Shown here one piece after another: positions 54,900-64,000 of a DNA stretch of 64,000 nucleotides; the stretch's first letter is position 1, and every line of letters begins with the position of its first letter. Origin of the DNA: an uncultured Candidatus Saccharibacteria bacterium (lineage in GTDB: Bacteria > Patescibacteriota > Minisyncoccia > 2-02-FULL-40-12); NCBI GenBank assembly GCA_964368135.1, contig CAYIZI010000002.1, positions 16,241 through 80,240 of the forward strand, read 5' to 3'. A program made the position numbers and the translations under genes. The notes under the pieces are model-generated. The model was not told the origin of the DNA and ran no database searches. It was given only the letters and a program-made list of their open reading frames with translations.

Positions 54900-56953
54900 C
54901 TTAGTGATTTAATGAAAATTTCAGAATCATCGGCATAGGCCGGGTCAAGCTCGGCCGCTTTTTGAGCATACTCAATCGCTTTTTCTTTCTCTCCTATCTT
55001 GGCATAGGTTGCCGCCAAAGAAGCATGAAGCTGGGCGTTTTTCGGCCTAAAGCGTCTAATGGCATAATGTTCGTATAAATAAGCAACTCTCTTATAATTT
55101 TCTCTCCTAATTTCAATGTCAATCATTTTCATTGTGTCGGTAAAAGATAAAATCCAAGGATAGTCTTTTTCAGCTTCCATAATCAGTTTATAACCGGTGT
55201 TAAAATTTCCAAAATCAATATAAAGCATGGCTTTCTGCCAGTACGATTCATCTGACTTTGGATTTAAAGATATCGCCAAATCGCTTATCTTTACGGCTTC
55301 TTCAAAATTTCCCTGCCCGGCTTTGGCAATAGCCAGCTGATAGTAAATCTGCTGGTGCCCAGGAAACTGGCTTTGGGCTTTTTTAATCACTTCTTCTGAT
55401 TTAGTATAAAATTCTTTATCAATCAATTTACCGGCCTGATTATTTAATGCTGAGGAAAAAATGTACCATATCAGATTATCGGGATCTTTGGCTAATATTT
55501 TACTAACTTTATCCAAGGAAGATAAAATTTCCATTTTCAATTCTTCATCTAATTCCTCGGCAATAACCGTCTTGTCCAATGTCGCCGAAGCAAACCGTTT
55601 AACTTTAAGCTGTTCCAAGGCTGGGTTGCCAAAACCAAACTGCAAAATAAAAATTAAAAGTAAAAAAATAATAAATACTGGGAATAAAAAACTTTTCCTT
55701 GTTAACCAACTGAAATTTAAATCCTCATTCCGGCTAATAAAAGCAGTCACCAGAAAAAACAACAAAAGACTTGAAAGTGAGTCAAAAATGAAAAGATTAT
55801 GAATAAATAAACCGGCAAATAAAGGGGTAAAAAAAAATAGATCTTTTTTCATAGTTGCGTAAAAAATAGAAAACCATACTAATAAATAAGCGGTCAGACC
55901 AAAAATTCCGGTGGTAGCAAGAATTTCCAAAAAAACATTATGAGCCCGGTCAAATACGTTTTCTTTAAAAGAATTTATAAAAAGAGAGGGATTGAAATTT
56001 TTGTAATAAACAAGAACAAAATTTTCAGGTCCCCAGCCAAGCAAAGGCATATCTTTGAAACCATTTATCGCCATTTTCCAAACCTCCAGCCGATTTGAGA
56101 TAGTACTGCCTTGGCTAAAACTTATATCTGACAACCTGCCTAAAATAAAATTGGACCTTAAAAACTCAATATTCCGGACAGTAAAAAAGCCGACAAAAAT
56201 TAAAAGTAAAACAAGAAAAACAGCGGCTAAATATTTTGGCTGATAATACTTTTTGATGTATAAAAACAGAAAAATTATAAAACCGACAGCCAATCCGAGC
56301 ACCGCTCCTCTGACTGCCGTTAGAATAACCGATAAAGATAAAAACAAAAACAAAAGAGCATAAAATATTTTCTTTTTTTTATTGAATGCTTCTTCAAAAA
56401 ACCATAAGGACAGAAAAGAATGAATTAATAGATAGCCGGCAAGTAGCGCCGGATTGCCCAAAGTGCCAAAAATCCTTTTGCTGTCGGAAAACTGCCTGAA
56501 ATAGCCGTAAAATACTTCGGCCACAAGAGCGGTAAAAACCCCAACCAATAACGAAAATTTTAAAAGCAGGTCCCAGTCGGATTTTGATTTAAACACGCCG
56601 GAAGCAACCAGAAATAAAACAAAAAAGTAAAGCAAATTCAGAAGGCCGATAGAGCCGCGGCTATAGTTGCCCCAGATGCTTCGTTGAATTTCAGTGCTGA
56701 ATAAAACTGATAAAGCATAAACTGATACAAAAATGGTTAGGGATAGGGTTATGAAATTTAATTTGGGCAGAAAACTTTTGTCTCTTCTTACTAAAAATAG
56801 ATAGAAAATAAGAATCAAAAGAGAAAGGGTCCTAAAATAAAAAACTTTTCCGGAATAAAAAGCTGAAGTTGATTGGGGTAAAACAATTAAAGGCAGAAAT
56901 AGAATTAATACGAAAAGAAAAGATATTACTGATTTATACAGATTGGTTTTCAT
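54896..56953 (-). CDS. O-antigen ligase (Wzy_C) family membrane protein fused to C-terminal TPR repeats (second copy)
   Basis: Multi-TM N-terminal domain with LTAVRGAVLGLAVG, then TPR-like C-terminus. Same architecture as 10397..12643. Confidence 0.7.
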   Translation of the reverse strand: MKTNLYKSVISFLFVLILFLPLIVLPQSTSAFYSGKVFYFRTLSLLILIFYLFLVRRDKSFLPKLNFITLSLTIFVSVYALSVLFSTEIQRSIWGNYSRGSIGLLNLLYFFVLFLVASGVFKSKSDWDLLLKFSLLVGVFTALVAEVFYGYFRQFSDSKRIFGTLGNPALLAGYLLIHSFLSLWFFEEAFNKKKKIFYALLFLFLSLSVILTAVRGAVLGLAVGFIIFLFLYIKKYYQPKYLAAVFLVLLLIFVGFFTVRNIEFLRSNFILGRLSDISFSQGSTISNRLEVWKMAINGFKDMPLLGWGPENFVLVYYKNFNPSLFINSFKENVFDRAHNVFLEILATTGIFGLTAYLLVWFSIFYATMKKDLFFFTPLFAGLFIHNLFIFDSLSSLLLFFLVTAFISRNEDLNFSWLTRKSFLFPVFIIFLLLIFILQFGFGNPALEQLKVKRFASATLDKTVIAEELDEELKMEILSSLDKVSKILAKDPDNLIWYIFSSALNNQAGKLIDKEFYTKSEEVIKKAQSQFPGHQQIYYQLAIAKAGQGNFEEAVKISDLAISLNPKSDESYWQKAMLYIDFGNFNTGYKLIMEAEKDYPWILSFTDTMKMIDIEIRRENYKRVAYLYEHYAIRRFRPKNAQLHASLAATYAKIGEKEKAIEYAQKAAELDPAYADDSEIFIKSLR

Positions 56954-58211
56954 AATTTTTGATTATCGCTAATGATATGCCGGCAAAAATCCATAAATAT
57001 TTGGTGAAAAGAAAATCATGAAACAAACCGTCAACCAAAATAGCCGTCATTATCCCGACCAAACTAAGAGCCAAATAATTCTCGTCCTTAATTCTCATCA
57101 AGCCTCTGAAAATCAGATAAATAAAAATTAAAAGGGGCAGTAAACCAAAAATACCTCCTGAGGTAAGAGCGGCAAGATAGGTACTATGCGAATTAACCTC
57201 GTCCCGCCATTCAATATTTTCAATATCGGGCCGGAACTCTCTCCAGTTTTTTTCAAAACCTTTATGACCCAAACCGATGAGGAAGGTCTGCGGCGACTGA
57301 AAAACCATATCTTTGGCCGCCACCAAAAAAGCATAACGGCTTCTGACTGAAAAATGACCTGGATTAAATACTACTTCTTTTGCGATTTGGGTAGAACTTT
57401 TCCCTGCTCCGTACTCATAGTTTCCAGCTCCTTTTTTAAAAGGAAGGTAAAAAACTAAAATAACTAAAAATAAGGCGACAACTGAGTAAGTAGTGAGTTT
57501 TCTTCGATAGCTTGAGGGGGTGATTATAAATAGAAAAATAAAAGAAACAAATAAAGCCAGCCAAGCCCCTCTGGAAAAGGTCAGTAAAAGAGCAATGGCA
57601 CTTAAAAAGAAAGTCAATAACCAAGTCTTTCTTTCATTTTTAGAACTGTAAATAAAAAAAACTAAAAATAAAGGCAAGGCAATAGCTAAATGCAAACCGA
57701 ATAAAGAAGGATAATTGGTAAAGCCGGTGGCAAAATAAGTCGTTTCTTCGTAGCCGAAATACTTTGCAATATAAGTAAAATCTCCTATGTAAAACTGAAG
57801 AATCCCTAAAATTGCGGCGGTTATCGTAAACCAAGCGAAGACTTTAAAAAATTTTCCTAAATACTCCTGTTGGAGAAAGGAAAAAAGATAGGTAACGGCC
57901 AGTAAGGAAAACAAAGAAAAAGAAGCTTTAAAAAACGGGCCGTTATTTATCAGGGTGCTTAAAAATAAAATCCCGCTGAAGATTATTAAATAATTAAAAA
58001 GGGACGGCCAATATATTTTCCTTTCAATCAGCTGTTTTAAACCAAATAATAAAACGGCGGTTATAAGCAAAATCTGGGTTATAAAAAACGGTTTCCCAAA
58101 AAATTCAAAACTGATATTTGGAAAGTAGGGAAACAGAAAATAACTTAAAGCGATTAAAATCACGAGCCACTGAATGAAACTTTCTTTGATAAAAATTTTT
58201 AATATCTTCAT
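56934..58211 (-). CDS. O-antigen ligase/polymerase-like (Wzy_C) membrane protein
   Basis: 425 aa with about 10-12 TM helices and the Wzy_C loop TFSRGAWLALFVS. Confidence 0.65.
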   Translation of the reverse strand: MKILKIFIKESFIQWLVILIALSYFLFPYFPNISFEFFGKPFFITQILLITAVLLFGLKQLIERKIYWPSLFNYLIIFSGILFLSTLINNGPFFKASFSLFSLLAVTYLFSFLQQEYLGKFFKVFAWFTITAAILGILQFYIGDFTYIAKYFGYEETTYFATGFTNYPSLFGLHLAIALPLFLVFFIYSSKNERKTWLLTFFLSAIALLLTFSRGAWLALFVSFIFLFIITPSSYRRKLTTYSVVALFLVILVFYLPFKKGAGNYEYGAGKSSTQIAKEVVFNPGHFSVRSRYAFLVAAKDMVFQSPQTFLIGLGHKGFEKNWREFRPDIENIEWRDEVNSHSTYLAALTSGGIFGLLPLLIFIYLIFRGLMRIKDENYLALSLVGIMTAILVDGLFHDFLFTKYLWIFAGISLAIIKNYENQSV

Positions 58212-59257
58212 CCCATTATTGCTGCTAAGTTATTCAAAATATTCTGAATATTATGCCGTTTAATTACTTGACTTCTTAAAAAGGGGCCTATTGAAATCGG
58301 GTTTTTCAGATATAATTCAATTTTATTGCTTAAATCAGCCGGGTCGTTCCACTGAAAAATAAATTTATCCTGATAACTCCCGAGATCCTGGGCAAATCCT
58401 TTATTGGCAACAAAAATTACAACCCCAGAAGCCATTGCCTCAAGAACCACTTTGTCCAGGCCTCCGGTTGGTGAGCCATTAATTAAAATGTCGGTTTCCT
58501 GATAAACGGGCGGCAACTGATTATAAGGTATGTAATCTAAAATATCTACATTTTTCTGGAGTTTTAAACTATTAATTAAATCTTTTAATTGCTGAAGGTA
58601 CTGGCCGTCTTTTGGATAAATCGGCCGGCCAATTATTTTTAATTTAACATTATAGCCCTTCTTTTTTAAGATACTCATTGTTTTGATTATGGTAATGTAA
58701 TCTTTTATCGGCGAAATTCGGCCTATTGAGGTAATCCGCCAAATTTTACTTTTATCAAAAACATCCTCTTGAGGTTTTAATTTAAAATAATCTGTATCTA
58801 TGCCGTGGCCAGTTACTATCTTTTTAGAAGTCCTTAAAGTAAGACTTGACTCCGAAGAAGTTAATATTTTATCGGATAAAAAAGCAGCCGCCCTTAATTT
58901 AAATGAAGTTTTACGGTGGCTGTACCATAAAATTATTTTTTTTCTGAAAATTTTAGCGGCAGGCCAAGACAAAATTACGAAAATCGGCGACATATGAGCG
59001 AAAATTGCTTGGCTTTTAGGCGTTAATCTAAACAAATATTTATAAAATCTCCGAAACTTTTTTATTTTCGAGGCACCAATCTCATAGCCAAGAGAGTAAA
59101 TAAAAACATTGGAAGGCAAATTATAATTCCCTTTCCCGATTGTTATTACGAAAACTTTATTGAAATGGCGGGAAAATTCTCTTAACCAACCAACAAAAAA
59201 TCCCCGCAAGTCATCTGTTTCGTCAACTCGTTGAGCAATAACTAAAAGATTTTTCAT
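58208..59257 (-). CDS. glycosyltransferase family 4
   Basis: LEAMASGVVIFVANKG donor-binding motif. Confidence 0.7.
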   Translation of the reverse strand: MKNLLVIAQRVDETDDLRGFFVGWLREFSRHFNKVFVITIGKGNYNLPSNVFIYSLGYEIGASKIKKFRRFYKYLFRLTPKSQAIFAHMSPIFVILSWPAAKIFRKKIILWYSHRKTSFKLRAAAFLSDKILTSSESSLTLRTSKKIVTGHGIDTDYFKLKPQEDVFDKSKIWRITSIGRISPIKDYITIIKTMSILKKKGYNVKLKIIGRPIYPKDGQYLQQLKDLINSLKLQKNVDILDYIPYNQLPPVYQETDILINGSPTGGLDKVVLEAMASGVVIFVANKGFAQDLGSYQDKFIFQWNDPADLSNKIELYLKNPISIGPFLRSQVIKRHNIQNILNNLAAIMG

Positions 59258-60375
59258 TTTATCAAGGATAGTAGCCCCTCGGCATAATTTTTAATGGCGG
59301 CCTTTTTCTCAAAATTCTTAACAATTTCCAGGCCAGCGACACTGTACTTTTTATAATCTTCGAGATTATTAAGTAACTCAAAAGCTTTCTCGGCAATGTC
59401 ATTTCCATCCCAATTAATTATTCGGCCGGATTTTTTATCTTCAATAATGTCTGGAATAATCCCAACCGGAGTGGCAATTACCGGTATCCCGCAAGCCATC
59501 GCTTCAAGAAGGGTTCTTGGACCACCTTCATTATAGGAAGGGACAATTAATATTTTAGATTGATTCATTAATTTTGCTATTTCTTCTGGATCTTTGGCCC
59601 AACCGTAAAACATAACATTGTCTTTCAATTCTAACCTCTCGCTTCTAACTTCTAACTTCTTTTTTTCTGGGCCATCGCCGACAATCAATAATTTGGTATC
59701 CCGCATATTATATTTAATATTTAATATTTTTAGAGAATCAATTAATAGATTTAATCCTTTGTTTTTTACTAAACGACCAACAAAGATTAAGTCGTATTTT
59801 TTGCCCAAGTTTAGAGGTTTAAAAGTATCTAAATCAATATAAAAAGAAGGGATATAGGCAATTTTTCCTTCAGACACTCCTGATTCTAATAAAAATTCTC
59901 TGACTTGTTTTTTATTCACTACCCTCACTGCTTTTACTTTTAAAGAATCATATTTAATAAAAAGACGGGTCAGCCAGCGATAAAGTTTTTCTTTAAAATC
60001 TGCAGCTTTGGGATAGCCGGGAATATGATGAATTTCAAGTACATAGGGAACTTTTATTTTCTGCCAAAGCAATCTTGCGCCTATTCCATTATAAAAAGGG
60101 GGGTATTCATGAACCGTCATCAAATCAAATTTCTGGTCTCTGTAAATTTCCTGACCTCTTTTTAAAATCCAAAAGGGCTGCCAAATCTTTGGCCAGGGCG
60201 AAGGATGAATAAAAACATTACCAAAATAATTTGCCGATAAATGGGGAGAAGAAACCTTGGGAATAATAATATCAATTCTGTCCCAGTATTTATGAAATTC
60301 TTCCAAAGTATTATAAAAAGCGCCGCGTTTAACCTCGGCTAAAGATTTATCTCCTGAAATCATTAATAATTTCAT
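59254..60375 (-). CDS. glycosyltransferase family 4
   Basis: LLEAMACGIPVIATPVG motif. Contains an in-frame (GAAGTTA)2.5 microrepeat. Confidence 0.7.
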   Translation of the reverse strand: MKLLMISGDKSLAEVKRGAFYNTLEEFHKYWDRIDIIIPKVSSPHLSANYFGNVFIHPSPWPKIWQPFWILKRGQEIYRDQKFDLMTVHEYPPFYNGIGARLLWQKIKVPYVLEIHHIPGYPKAADFKEKLYRWLTRLFIKYDSLKVKAVRVVNKKQVREFLLESGVSEGKIAYIPSFYIDLDTFKPLNLGKKYDLIFVGRLVKNKGLNLLIDSLKILNIKYNMRDTKLLIVGDGPEKKKLEVRSERLELKDNVMFYGWAKDPEEIAKLMNQSKILIVPSYNEGGPRTLLEAMACGIPVIATPVGIIPDIIEDKKSGRIINWDGNDIAEKAFELLNNLEDYKKYSVAGLEIVKNFEKKAAIKNYAEGLLSLIK

Positions 60376-61553
60376 CGAGTTAAGGCGGCTGCAGTTTCTT
60401 TTGTCATTTTATCAACGTTGAATTTTTTGGCTGTTTTCTTACCCTCTTCTATAAATTTATCTCTTATGTCTTCGTGCTCAAAAATTGCCTTAATCGCCTC
60501 AACTAAGTTTAATTCGTCATTATACTTGACCATAAAACCGTTTCCGCCTTGTTTTATAACTTCTGGATTTCCACCGGCATTGGTGGTAATCACCGGCACT
60601 CCGACAGCCATGGCTTCCAGAATCTGATGGGAGAAACCCTCATAGGCCGTATTCAAAACGAACATATCCGCCGCCGCCAAGTAAGTTTTAAGCTCCTCTT
60701 GCGACTTTCTACCGACTATATAGACTTTATTGTTTAAGCCTAAATTATTTTTCATCAATTCCAAATTTTCTTTTTCTGGACCATCACCAACTATAACTAA
60801 TCTCAAAAATTGATTCTCTTTTAAAAGTTCAGGCATTATTTTTATGAGCATCTTAAAGCCCTTCCAGGGAACTAATCTTCCGGCTGACAAAATAATACTG
60901 CCGGAAATTCCGATCTTTTCTCTGGCTTTTTCTTTTTCCAGGTTTAACGGCTTAAAATCCGTACCGTTATAAATAACCTTGATTTTCTCAGGCTTTACTC
61001 CCCAGTACCGAACAACTTTTGCCAAAAAACGAGATGGAACAACAACCATATCGGCTGCTTGGCAAACTCTTTCCTGGATTTTTCTCAAAGTATTAAATTT
61101 ACCTGATAATTTTTTATTTTGAAAATCAATTACTTCAGTAATCTCGTTTTTTGAATTTTGAACATGGTATTGTTCCCAGGAGTAATCGCCGGTTATCTTA
61201 ACAATTAACCTCTTCTTTAAAAATTTATTGGCTAAGTAACTCGGATAGCCTGAACTCACCGGCCCTTGGGCGTAAATAAGACTGCTATCTTTTGCTACTT
61301 TTAACAATTTCATCATATATCGAAAGTAAGTAAAGATTTTGGGCGGAAAGTTTTTTATACGGTGAACTTTAAAATTAAGCTCTTTATCTTCGGGAAACTT
61401 TCTTTTTATAGAACGGACAACCACATCTACTCCAAAACCAGCCCCAATGAGTTTTGGTGTTATTTGTCTGATATAACTTGATGGCCCGCCGATATCAGGC
61501 CAAAAATTTCCTGCTGCAATAGTGATTTTCTTTTTAACTGATACTTGCTTCAT
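60372..61553 (-). CDS. glycosyltransferase family 4
   Basis: ILEAMAVGVPVITTNAGG motif. Confidence 0.7.
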   Translation of the reverse strand: MKQVSVKKKITIAAGNFWPDIGGPSSYIRQITPKLIGAGFGVDVVVRSIKRKFPEDKELNFKVHRIKNFPPKIFTYFRYMMKLLKVAKDSSLIYAQGPVSSGYPSYLANKFLKKRLIVKITGDYSWEQYHVQNSKNEITEVIDFQNKKLSGKFNTLRKIQERVCQAADMVVVPSRFLAKVVRYWGVKPEKIKVIYNGTDFKPLNLEKEKAREKIGISGSIILSAGRLVPWKGFKMLIKIMPELLKENQFLRLVIVGDGPEKENLELMKNNLGLNNKVYIVGRKSQEELKTYLAAADMFVLNTAYEGFSHQILEAMAVGVPVITTNAGGNPEVIKQGGNGFMVKYNDELNLVEAIKAIFEHEDIRDKFIEEGKKTAKKFNVDKMTKETAAALTR

Positions 61554-62685
61554 AAACTTTTCTCATTTCTTCGGCTATTTTGTCCCAGTTATATTTTTCT
61601 TTAACTAAACTTTGCCCATTTTTAATTAAATTTTCTCTTAAACTATCATCAGTTAAAATATGAGAAACTTTCTCAGCCAAGCTTTTATGGTTATTTGACT
61701 CACAAAAAAGACCAGTCTCTCTATCTTTAAGAAAGTCGTTAATGCCGCCGACTGGCGTGGCAACTACCGGTAAACCGGCGGCCATGGCTTCTAAAAAAGC
61801 AGTGCCTAAGCCCTCTGACCGAGAAGGCCGGACAAAGACATCAGCCTGAGCTAAATACCCGGGAACCTCTTCATTTGGAATATTGCCAAGAAAGTTTACT
61901 CTATCTGCGACGCCCAACTCTCGGCTTAATTTTTCTAAACTTTTGCGTTCAGGTCCGTCTCCGATAATTCGTAATTCGTAATTCGTAATTGATAAATTTT
62001 TTAATGATTTAATAAGAATATCAATTCCGTTTTTTCTAACCAACCTCGAAACCGTGATTATCACTTTTTCTTTATTGTTTTTCTTATTACTTATTACTTT
62101 TAAATTATTACTTATTGTTGCTCCATTCGGCACAATGTAAAGCGGCGCTTTTTTATTAAATTTTTTGGCAAATTCGGATAGATAACTGCTAATGGCTGTA
62201 ATTGTGTCGGCTTTTCTTATAATTCTTCTCTGCCAAAATCTATCAAAAGGCGAATTGCGGCCTAAATCACCTTCTTGTAAAGTCAAAACAAATGGAACCT
62301 TGGGATAAAAAAATTTAAAAAGGTAGGCCGCGGCCGAACCTTGCGAAGCCATCATCCCGTGAATTAAATCATATTTCTTAACTTTATGTAGATTTATGGC
62401 TTTCAGAAAACCCAAATTCGGCAAAAGCGGTTTGTCTAAAAATCTGTTGCCGGCGCCGATGCGGTAGACATTAACATTGCCGATTTTTTCAAAATCAGGC
62501 AGGCCTCTCTTTAGCTTGGCGGTTATTAAATCAAACTCTATATTGATCAGTCGGCCGGTTATTTCTTTTACGGCTAACTCCGCTCCGCCGACAAATGGCA
62601 GATAAGCCGTTGAAAAAAGTAAAATTTTCATCATTGATTTATTTTTTTGTTTTACTATAATGTCATAAATGATTGATAAAATCAA
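61534..62685 (-). CDS. glycosyltransferase family 4
   Basis: FLEAMAAGLPVVATPVGG motif. Contains copy 3 of (AATTACG)3 encoding SITNYELRI, and a (GTAATAA) microrepeat. Confidence 0.7.
   Translation of the reverse strand: MILSIIYDIIVKQKNKSMMKILLFSTAYLPFVGGAELAVKEITGRLINIEFDLITAKLKRGLPDFEKIGNVNVYRIGAGNRFLDKPLLPNLGFLKAINLHKVKKYDLIHGMMASQGSAAAYLFKFFYPKVPFVLTLQEGDLGRNSPFDRFWQRRIIRKADTITAISSYLSEFAKKFNKKAPLYIVPNGATISNNLKVISNKKNNKEKVIITVSRLVRKNGIDILIKSLKNLSITNYELRIIGDGPERKSLEKLSRELGVADRVNFLGNIPNEEVPGYLAQADVFVRPSRSEGLGTAFLEAMAAGLPVVATPVGGINDFLKDRETGLFCESNNHKSLAEKVSHILTDDSLRENLIKNGQSLVKEKYNWDKIAEEMRKVYEASIS
61966..61990 (-). repeat. heptanucleotide microsatellite (AATTACG)3AATT, copy 3 (inside GT4 gene, sense orientation)
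   Basis: The + strand reads AATTCGTAATTCGTAATTCGTAATT, identical to copy 2. Confidence 0.9.
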
Positions 62686-63880
62686 TCAGGTTGCGAATAT
62701 AAATAACCCCAAGAAAAGGGTTTTATTTATCATCACTAAATCCGAATTAGGCGGCTCTCAAAGATTTCTATACGAATTTACTACCCGGCTTAACCCTCAA
62801 AAATATGATATAGGTGTGGCCGCCGGACCAGAAGGAAACTGGGATTTGCTTAATCGGCTTAATAAAAAAGGAATCAAAACATTTAAACTTGAGTATCTGC
62901 GCCGGGAAGTCAGTCCACTTTACGATATTCCGGCAGTTTTTGAACTGATAAATTTAATAAATAAATTTAAACCCGAATATCTTCATTTAAACAGTTCTAA
63001 AACCGGGGTGCTGGGCAGCATCGCAAATCAGATACTAAAAATAATCAAGCTAAAACAATATAAAAAAATGAAACTAATCTACCGAATCGGCGGCTGGGCA
63101 TTTAATGACCCTTCTTTTGGCTGGAAAAGGAAAGTGTGGCTCGCGGCCGAAAAGGTAACTGCCGGATTTAAAGACATAATCATTACCGAAAGCGGACCAG
63201 ACGAAATTCAGGCAAAAAAATTAGGAATAAAACCAAAAATTGAAGTTAAAACAATCCACAACGGAATTGATGCTTTGAGAATGGAATTTTTGGAAAAAGA
63301 AACGGCAAAATTATACTTATTTAAAAATATCGGAAAGAGACACGGAAAAATTTTCCAAAAAAGATACAGTATCGGAACCATTGCTAATTTTTATCCCACC
63401 AAAGGGCTGGAATATTTAATTGAAGCAATGCGAATTTTAAAAAACACAGACTTCAACCTGATAATCATCGGCGACGGCCTGGAAAGAAAAAAACTTGAAT
63501 CTAAAATCGCGGAGTATGAACTGAAAAATGACATAATTTTAGCGGGTCAAATTCAAGATGCTTACAAATACCTAAAGGCCTTTGACATTTTTATTTTGTC
63601 TTCAATTAAAGAGGGATTTCCTTGGGTGATCCTGGAAGCCATGGCCGCAAAACTGCCGATTATTGCTACTCGCGTTGGAGCCCTGGAAGAAATGCTTGAA
63701 AACGGCAAGAGCGGGATTTTGGTTGAATCGAAAAATCCTCGGCAGATGGCTGAAGCAATAAAATATCTTCTGGAGAACGAAACAGTTAGACAAGAAATAG
63801 CCATTCAAACTCATCAGACAGTTTTATTTAAATTCACTATGGAAAAGATGGTGAGAGAGACAGAAGAACTCTTTAATTAG
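62669..63880 (+). CDS. glycosyltransferase family 4
   Basis: ILEAMAAKLPIIATRVGA motif. The only + strand GT4; convergent with the next gene. Confidence 0.7.
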   Translation: MIDKINQVANINNPKKRVLFIITKSELGGSQRFLYEFTTRLNPQKYDIGVAAGPEGNWDLLNRLNKKGIKTFKLEYLRREVSPLYDIPAVFELINLINKFKPEYLHLNSSKTGVLGSIANQILKIIKLKQYKKMKLIYRIGGWAFNDPSFGWKRKVWLAAEKVTAGFKDIIITESGPDEIQAKKLGIKPKIEVKTIHNGIDALRMEFLEKETAKLYLFKNIGKRHGKIFQKRYSIGTIANFYPTKGLEYLIEAMRILKNTDFNLIIIGDGLERKKLESKIAEYELKNDIILAGQIQDAYKYLKAFDIFILSSIKEGFPWVILEAMAAKLPIIATRVGALEEMLENGKSGILVESKNPRQMAEAIKYLLENETVRQEIAIQTHQTVLFKFTMEKMVRETEELFN

Positions 63881-64000
63881 TTCTCATCTTAGATAAAATT
63901 TCTTTTATCGCCGCTTCAACTTCACTGTCGCGGCCAGAAGCAAAATCTAATCCTGACTCAAGATTTTGAACGGCCAAATCAAAATTATTTGTGGCAAGAT
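63876..64000 (-). CDS. C-terminal fragment of an unidentified protein (gene continues beyond the window)
   Basis: Open minus-strand frame ...LATNNFDLAVQNLESGLDFASGRDSEVEAAIKEILSKMRTN* ending at 63876 and overlapping the GT4 stop by 5 nt. Confidence 0.3.

Noticed and set aside
1-64000. CRISPR arrays, tRNA/rRNA genes, transposases/integrases
   Set aside because: No evenly spaced direct repeats were seen. No tRNA-like T-arm (GGTTCGAATCC) or rRNA motifs were noticed in the few intergenic gaps. No ORF shows DDE/tyrosine-recombinase motifs. The islands therefore have no recognisable mobility genes within this window.

Overview
Low-GC (about 33-36%), densely packed bacterial fragment. Genes are short and tightly overlapping, Shine-Dalgarno use is weak, and O-antigen-ligase/TPR fusions and long runs of GT4 genes are present, all typical of a CPR/Patescibacteria-like genome. 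The first ~8.6 kb holds housekeeping genes: a sigma-70 region-4 protein (partial), murD, secF, secA and hpf. Between secF and secA sits an inserted segment with a Phd/YefM-RelE/ParE toxin-antitoxin pair, msrB, and a GC-rich (>55%) dcd-thyX thymidylate module. From ~10.4 kb to the end (~53 kb) there is one very large cell-surface glycan biosynthesis supercluster. It contains: a WbaP-like initiating transferase; a Wzx flippase; three Wzy_C/O-antigen-ligase-like proteins (two fused to TPR repeats); at least 10 glycosyltransferases (mostly GT4, one GT2 DPM-synthase-like plus a GT-C partner); rmlA/rmlB; several epimerase/dehydratases; a DegT aminotransferase; a nonulosonic-acid (NeuB/NeuA-like) module with two KdsC-type phosphatases; a split heptose pathway (GmhA, PfkB kinase, cytidylyltransferase-like); a bifunctional ATP sulfurylase/APS kinase plus a sulfotransferase; four SAM methyltransferases; three TPP-dependent enzymes (E1alpha/E1beta pair plus ALS-like); and two GC-rich B12-binding radical SAM enzymes. 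Composition is mosaic: at least four GC-rich islands (thyX-dcd; cupin-MTase-P-loop; two radical SAM genes) lie in AT-rich DNA, several bounded by textbook hairpin terminators or consensus promoters. One identical 25-nt heptanucleotide microsatellite, (AATTACG)3AATT, is inserted in-frame and in sense orientation in three unrelated genes (murD, secF, a GT4). No rRNA, tRNA, CRISPR array, transposase or integrase was recognised. All functional calls rest on motif or family recognition by eye from the translations; no searches were run.
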